NCBI GenBank assembly: GCA_963725865.1
Contig: CAVSAC010000012.1
Span: 672,001-736,000, forward strand
Direction: 5' to 3'
DNA from: Candidatus Eiseniibacteriota bacterium
Lineage (GTDB): Bacteria > Eisenbacteria > RBG-16-71-46
Length of the DNA stretch: 64,000 bases
The notes under the pieces are model-generated. The model did not search any database and was not told the origin of the DNA. It saw only the letters and a program-made list of their open reading frames with translations. Every line of letters begins with the position of its first letter. The first letter of the stretch is position 1. Positions 59,925-64,000 of the stretch are shown in pieces. A program made the translations under genes and the position numbers.

Positions 59925-61420
59925 GCCGCTCCGCGGGGGTCGTGTTCACGTTCGATGCCGCGACCTGGGAGCGGCCGGCCGCGCGCCACGCCATCGGCGT
60001 GATCGCGTCCCTGCTCGAGTGGCCGACCCGGCTCGCCGCGGCCGGCGCACGCGATCGGCGACGCGGAGGCGCCGGTGTTCGTCGGCGATCCCGCCCGCGC
60101 GGCGGCCGGCAGCGCCGCGATCGTGCCGTGCGGTGAATGGCGAGCGTGGGCGCCCGACCGGGTGCAACTGCGCACCCACGAGGGCGTGGCGCTGCCGTGG
60201 ACGCCCGACGAGGAAGCCGGCGGAGCAACGATTGGCACGCTCCCCACGTGGTGGCTGCGGGCCGCCGCCTGGATGCTCCAGCGCGAGGAGGAAATCGCGG
60301 TGACGCACCGCGACGAGTGGGGCTGTTTCAGCGGCTTCTCGCTCGCGCTTTCACGAGCTCGGAATCCTCGAGACGCCGACCGTCAACCTGATGGCGGCAG
60401 CAGCTCGAGCGCCGGTCGCCGCATGGCTCGAGCGGCGCGGCAGCTGACCGCGCCGCGGCCGGCCGCGCTGGAAGGACGGCGCGCGCTTCGCGGTCGCGCT
60501 CACGCACGACGTGGACCTGGTCCGCTACTACTCCTGGTCGCGGATGCCGTGGCGCCTGCTGCGGCGCGCCGCGGCCCGCGCTCGCTACGCGTTCCGCCGC
60601 GGCGTCGATGCAGGCGCTCGAGACGCTTGCCCACGTCGGGACGACCGCGGCGATCCGTTCTGGACCTTCGACCGCTGGGTCGCGCGACGAGGCGGCCGGT
60701 CGGATTCCGCTCGTCACGTTTTACTTCCTGCCGACCGCGCCGACGCGTGCGCACGAGTTCGACGGCACCTATCGCTGGGATGACCCGGTCGGATTCGAGG
60801 GCGAGCGTCCTCACCGTCCGCGCGCTGCTGCGCCGGCTCGCAGCGCGCGCGGCTGCCGAGGTCGGGCTGCACGGCTCCTACCTGAGCCACCTCGACGGCG
60901 GCGGAACTCGGCCGCCAGCGGCGCCAGATCGAGGAGGCGCTCGGCGCGCCGGTGCGCGGAGTGCGCCAGCACTTCCTGCGCTTCGACGTCGCACGACGTG
61001 GCGCGCTCAGCAGCGAGGCCGGCTTCGCGTACGACGCCACGCTCGGGTACAACGAGGCGCTCGGATTCCGGGCCGGGATCGCGGCGCCGTTCGCTCCGTG
61101 GGACGTCCGGAGCGCACGCGCCGCTCGAGCTGCTCGAGCTGCCGTTCACCGCGATGGACGGTGTGCTGTTCCGCACGCTCAAGCTCGACCACGAGCTCGC
61201 GACCCGGCGCTTGATCGCACACCTGGAGGCGGTCGAGCGCGCCGGCGGACTCGCGGTGCTGCTCTGGCACCCGAACGTGGCCGACGCGCGGCGCTATCCC
61301 GGCTGGTACGACACCTGGCGCGACGCGCTCGATCACCTCGCGACCCGCCCGGCCTGGGTCGCGCCCGCCGGCGAGATCGCACACTGGTGGCGGGAGCGAC
61401 GGGCGAAAGCGCGTGACCTG
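59921..61420 (+). pseudogene. Polysaccharide-deacetylase-like gene broken by many frameshifts (probably sequence errors); 3' end approximate
   Basis: Motifs are distributed across frames: F.VALTHDVD, EVGLHGSY, GVRQHFLR, YD.TLGY...GFRAG, ELP..AMD, LLWHP. Confidence 0.7.
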
Positions 61421-61505
61421 GACGGCTGCTCGCTCCGCGGGGCTACCGGCGCCTGGACCGGCGCGGAGCGCCCCGCGGAGCCCGACCGCCGAGGGGCCCA
61501 CGCAT

Positions 61506-61534
61506 TTGACCCCTTCGGAGCCCCCCGCTATCCT
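61506..61534 (+). promoter_or_regulatory. Sigma70 promoter of the rib operon
   Basis: TTGACC-17 bp-TATCCT, about 11 nt before the riboswitch P1 stem. Confidence 0.7.
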
Positions 61535-61545
61535 CGCCGGCCGTT

Positions 61546-61709
61546 GCTCCTTCGGGGCGGGGTGTGAAGTCCCCACCGGCGGTACAGCCCGCGAGCGAGC
61601 GAGTCCGGCGTCCGTCCTTGCGGGCGGAGCAGGCCAGTCGGCCGGGCGAGCGCGCACGATCCGGTGAGATTCCGGAGCCGACCGTGAAAGTCGGGATGGA
61701 AGAAGGAGT
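61546..61709 (+). ncRNA. FMN (RFN) riboswitch
   Basis: CTTCGGGGCGGGGTG..AAGTCCCCACCGGCGGT..AGCCCGCGAGC...GATCCGGTGAGATTCCGGAGCCGACCGT..AAGTCGGGATGGAAGAAG; P1 gctccttc/gaaggagt; lies upstream of ribD. Confidence 0.95.
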
Positions 61710-61793
61710 GGGCAGGGCTTTCGCCTGCCCGGCGCTCGCGCGCACCGCCCCGTGGCTTCGCAGGCCGCGGGGTCTTCTGTTGCAGGGGAGTCC

Positions 61794-62903
61794 ATGTCCG
61801 AACCTCGCTCCGACGACTCTCTCCGCCACATGCGCCGCGCGCTCGCGCTGGCCGCGCGCGGACGCGGACGCACGCGGCCCAACCCGATGGTGGGCGCGGT
61901 GGTGGTGCGCGGGGGTCGGGTGGTGGGAGAGGGCTGGCATCGCGCCGCCGGCCGCGAGCACGCCGAGGTGGCGGCGCTGCGCACCGCCGGGCCGCGGGCG
62001 GCCGGCGCCACCATGTACGTCACGCTCGAGCCCTGCGCGCACTGGGGGCGGACCCCGCCGTGCGTGGACGCGATCATCGCCGCCGGGGTGACGCGCTGCG
62101 TCGTGGCGATGCGCGATCCCCACGCGATCGTGGACGGTCGCGGGCTCCGGGTGCTCCGGCGGGCCGGAGTCCAGGTCGAGGTCGGCCTGCTCGCGGACGA
62201 GGCGCACGCGCTGCTGCGCGGCTACGTGCTGGCGCACACCGCGCGGCGGCCGCACGTCACCTGGAAGGTGGCGGCCACGCTCGACGGCCGGATCGCGGAC
62301 GCGCGCGGGCGCGCGCGCTGGATCAGCGGCTCCGCCGCGCGCGAGCGCGGGCACCGCATGCGCGCGGCGATGGACGCCATCGTGGTGGGTGCGACGACCG
62401 CGCGGCGCGACGATCCGCGGCTGACCGCGCGGGGCGTGCGCGTGGGCGTGCAGCCGCTGCGGGTGGTGTGCGACACGCGGCTCGCGCTGCCGCGTACGCT
62501 GCGGCTCTACGGGCGCGGACTCGCGCGCGGCACGGTGGTGGCGTGCGGCGCCGGCGCTCCGGCGGCACGGCGGCGCGCGCTCGAGGCGCGCGGCGTGCGC
62601 GTGTGGGCGCTGCCGCTCGCGGCCGGCCGTGTCGCGCCGCTCGCGCTCGCGCGGCGGCTGGCGGCCGAGGGCTGCCACGAGGTGCTGCTCGAGGGCGGTG
62701 CCGCGCTCGGCACCGCGTGGATGGAGCGCGGACTGGTGGACGAGGTCGCGTTGTTCCTCGCCCCGAAGCTGCTGGGCTCCGAGGGGCTGGACTGGTGCGG
62801 CGCGCTGGGGCGCCGCGGGCTCGCGGACGCGATCGCGGGCCGCCTCGTCGCGCACGAGCGCGTCGGGGACGACGTGCTCATCACGGTCGGGATCGGGGGA
62901 TAG
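61794..62903 (+). CDS. ribD: Riboflavin biosynthesis deaminase/reductase
   Basis: PNPMVGAV, HAE, YVTLEPC.H.GRTPPC, K.A.TLDG.IA, DDP.LT.R, LEGG. Confidence 0.96.
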   Translation: MSEPRSDDSLRHMRRALALAARGRGRTRPNPMVGAVVVRGGRVVGEGWHRAAGREHAEVAALRTAGPRAAGATMYVTLEPCAHWGRTPPCVDAIIAAGVTRCVVAMRDPHAIVDGRGLRVLRRAGVQVEVGLLADEAHALLRGYVLAHTARRPHVTWKVAATLDGRIADARGRARWISGSAARERGHRMRAAMDAIVVGATTARRDDPRLTARGVRVGVQPLRVVCDTRLALPRTLRLYGRGLARGTVVACGAGAPAARRRALEARGVRVWALPLAAGRVAPLALARRLAAEGCHEVLLEGGAALGTAWMERGLVDEVALFLAPKLLGSEGLDWCGALGRRGLADAIAGRLVAHERVGDDVLITVGIGG

Positions 62904-62907
62904 TCCG

Positions 62908-63519
62908 GTGTTCACGGGGATCGTCGAGGAGAAGGGCCGCATCGCGGTGATCGAGGAGCGGCCGGCCGGCCGCCGGTTCTGGATCGCCGCCGCGCGCGTG
63001 CTGGAGGGGACCTCGGTGGGCGGGAGCATCGCGGTGAGCGGCTGCTGCCTGACCGCGGTGGCGGTGGAGCCCGGCCGTTTCGCGGTGGAGGCGGTGCCCG
63101 AGACGCTCGCGCGCACGGTGCTCGGCGACGTGCGGGTCGATGACGAGGTGAACCTGGAACGCGCGATGCGCGTCGACGAGCGGCTCGGCGGGCACCTCAT
63201 GCAGGGCCACGTCGACGGGGTGGGCACCGTGACGGCGGTGACCCCCGAGGGCGACGGCCGGCGCGTGGCGATCACGGTGCCCGCGGAGCTGGCGCGCTTC
63301 GTGGCCGAGAAGGGCTCGCTGGCGGTCGACGGCGTGAGCCTGACGGTGGCCGCGGCGCGCGGCGCGACGTGCGAGATCGCGTACATCCCGCACACTCTGG
63401 CGGTCACGACCGCCGGCCGCTACGCGCCCGGATACCGCGTCAACCTCGAGATCGACCTGATCGCGCGCTACCTCGCGCGACTGCTGGACGAGCGCCTCGG
63501 CGCGGGGCGGCCCGCGTGA
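62908..63519 (+). CDS. ribE: Riboflavin synthase (alpha chain)
   Basis: MFTGIVEE start (GTG), SIAV.G.CLT, VNLERA, GGH..QGHVD, KGS.AVDGVSLT, VNLE.D. Confidence 0.95.
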   Translation: MFTGIVEEKGRIAVIEERPAGRRFWIAAARVLEGTSVGGSIAVSGCCLTAVAVEPGRFAVEAVPETLARTVLGDVRVDDEVNLERAMRVDERLGGHLMQGHVDGVGTVTAVTPEGDGRRVAITVPAELARFVAEKGSLAVDGVSLTVAAARGATCEIAYIPHTLAVTTAGRYAPGYRVNLEIDLIARYLARLLDERLGAGRPA

Positions 63520-64000
63520 GCCCGCTCCGCCGCCGCAGGCCCGCGCGCCGCGCCGCGACCTCCCGCCCGCGTCGCGCCCCCGCGACGCGCGCCCGGCGCC
63601 GCAGCGGACCGGCGACCGAGCCGCGCCCCCGGCGGGACAGCATCTTCCTCGGCGTCGAGGAGGCGGTGCGGCGCATCGGCGCCGGGAAGATGCTGATCGT
63701 GGTCGACGACCGCGAGCGCGAGAACGAGGGCGACGTGGTGTTCGCCGCCCAGTTCGCGACTCCCGAGAAGGTGAACTTCGCGCTCAAACACGGGCGCGGC
63801 ATCCTGTGCGCGCCGATGGCGCCCGAGGAGAGCGAGCGGCTGGGCCTCAAGCTGATGGTGTCGGAGAACACCGCGCGCTTCGGCACCCCGTTCACCGAAT
63901 CGGTCGACGCGCGCCGCGGCACCTCCACCGGCACCTCGGCGTTCGACCGCGCGAAGACCCTGCGCCTGCTGGCCGAGCCGCGCTCGCGCTCGCGCGACCT
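63516..64000 (+). CDS. ribB: DHBP synthase (RibB or RibBA), 3'-truncated by window edge
   Basis: IVVDD..RENEGD, A...TPEKVNF....GRG.LC.PM, FT.SVDA..G.STG.SA.DR; GTG at 63516 overlaps the ribE stop. Confidence 0.92.
   Translation, partial: MSPLRRRRPARRAATSRPRRAPATRARRRSGPATEPRPRRDSIFLGVEEAVRRIGAGKMLIVVDDRERENEGDVVFAAQFATPEKVNFALKHGRGILCAPMAPEESERLGLKLMVSENTARFGTPFTESVDARRGTSTGTSAFDRAKTLRLLAEPRSRSRD

Noticed and set aside
59921..61420. Programmed frameshifting or phase variation in the deacetylase-like gene
   Set aside because: Many scattered indels without a clear slippery site or simple-sequence tract; more consistent with low-quality consensus, though true pseudogenisation is not excluded.

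Overview
High-GC bacterial window. The gene content and protein tails resemble Candidatus Eisenbacteria or related FCB-group lineages, but that is my inference, not a tested assignment. Housekeeping genes lie at both ends: partial purA on the left; tRNA-Lys, a ychF-like gene, an FMN riboswitch and ribD-ribE-ribB(A) on the right. About 47 kb (1.2-48 kb) is a cluster of predicted secreted, modular proteins. Six giant proteins (about 1400-3560 aa, two interrupted by probable assembly frameshifts) carry different N-terminal cargo: beta-propeller, LamG, Ig-like repeats, metallophosphoesterase, PHP-like hydrolase and deacetylase-like domains. All six end in the same ~420-aa cassette: X/Ig-like module, dockerin-like double Ca-loop, cohesin-like domain, FlgD-Ig/T9SS-CTD-like tail. 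Two small stand-alone cohesin-like proteins and an O-antigen-ligase/TPR gene sit in the same cluster. Three unrelated small secreted proteins share a short C-terminal motif, P(T/V)PVxxx(T/S)WGx(L/V)KxxY(G)R, a candidate sorting signal. The locus also shows a ~2.2-kb inverted repeat shared by two divergently oriented giant genes, two 213-bp tandem arrays, a conserved ~400-450-nt leader with C-loop hairpins, and a glycan-modification cassette (asnB-like plus 2 GT4) bounded by a 5'-half tRNA-Lys copy and the intact tRNA-Lys. All domain calls come from motif recognition by eye, not from database searches.
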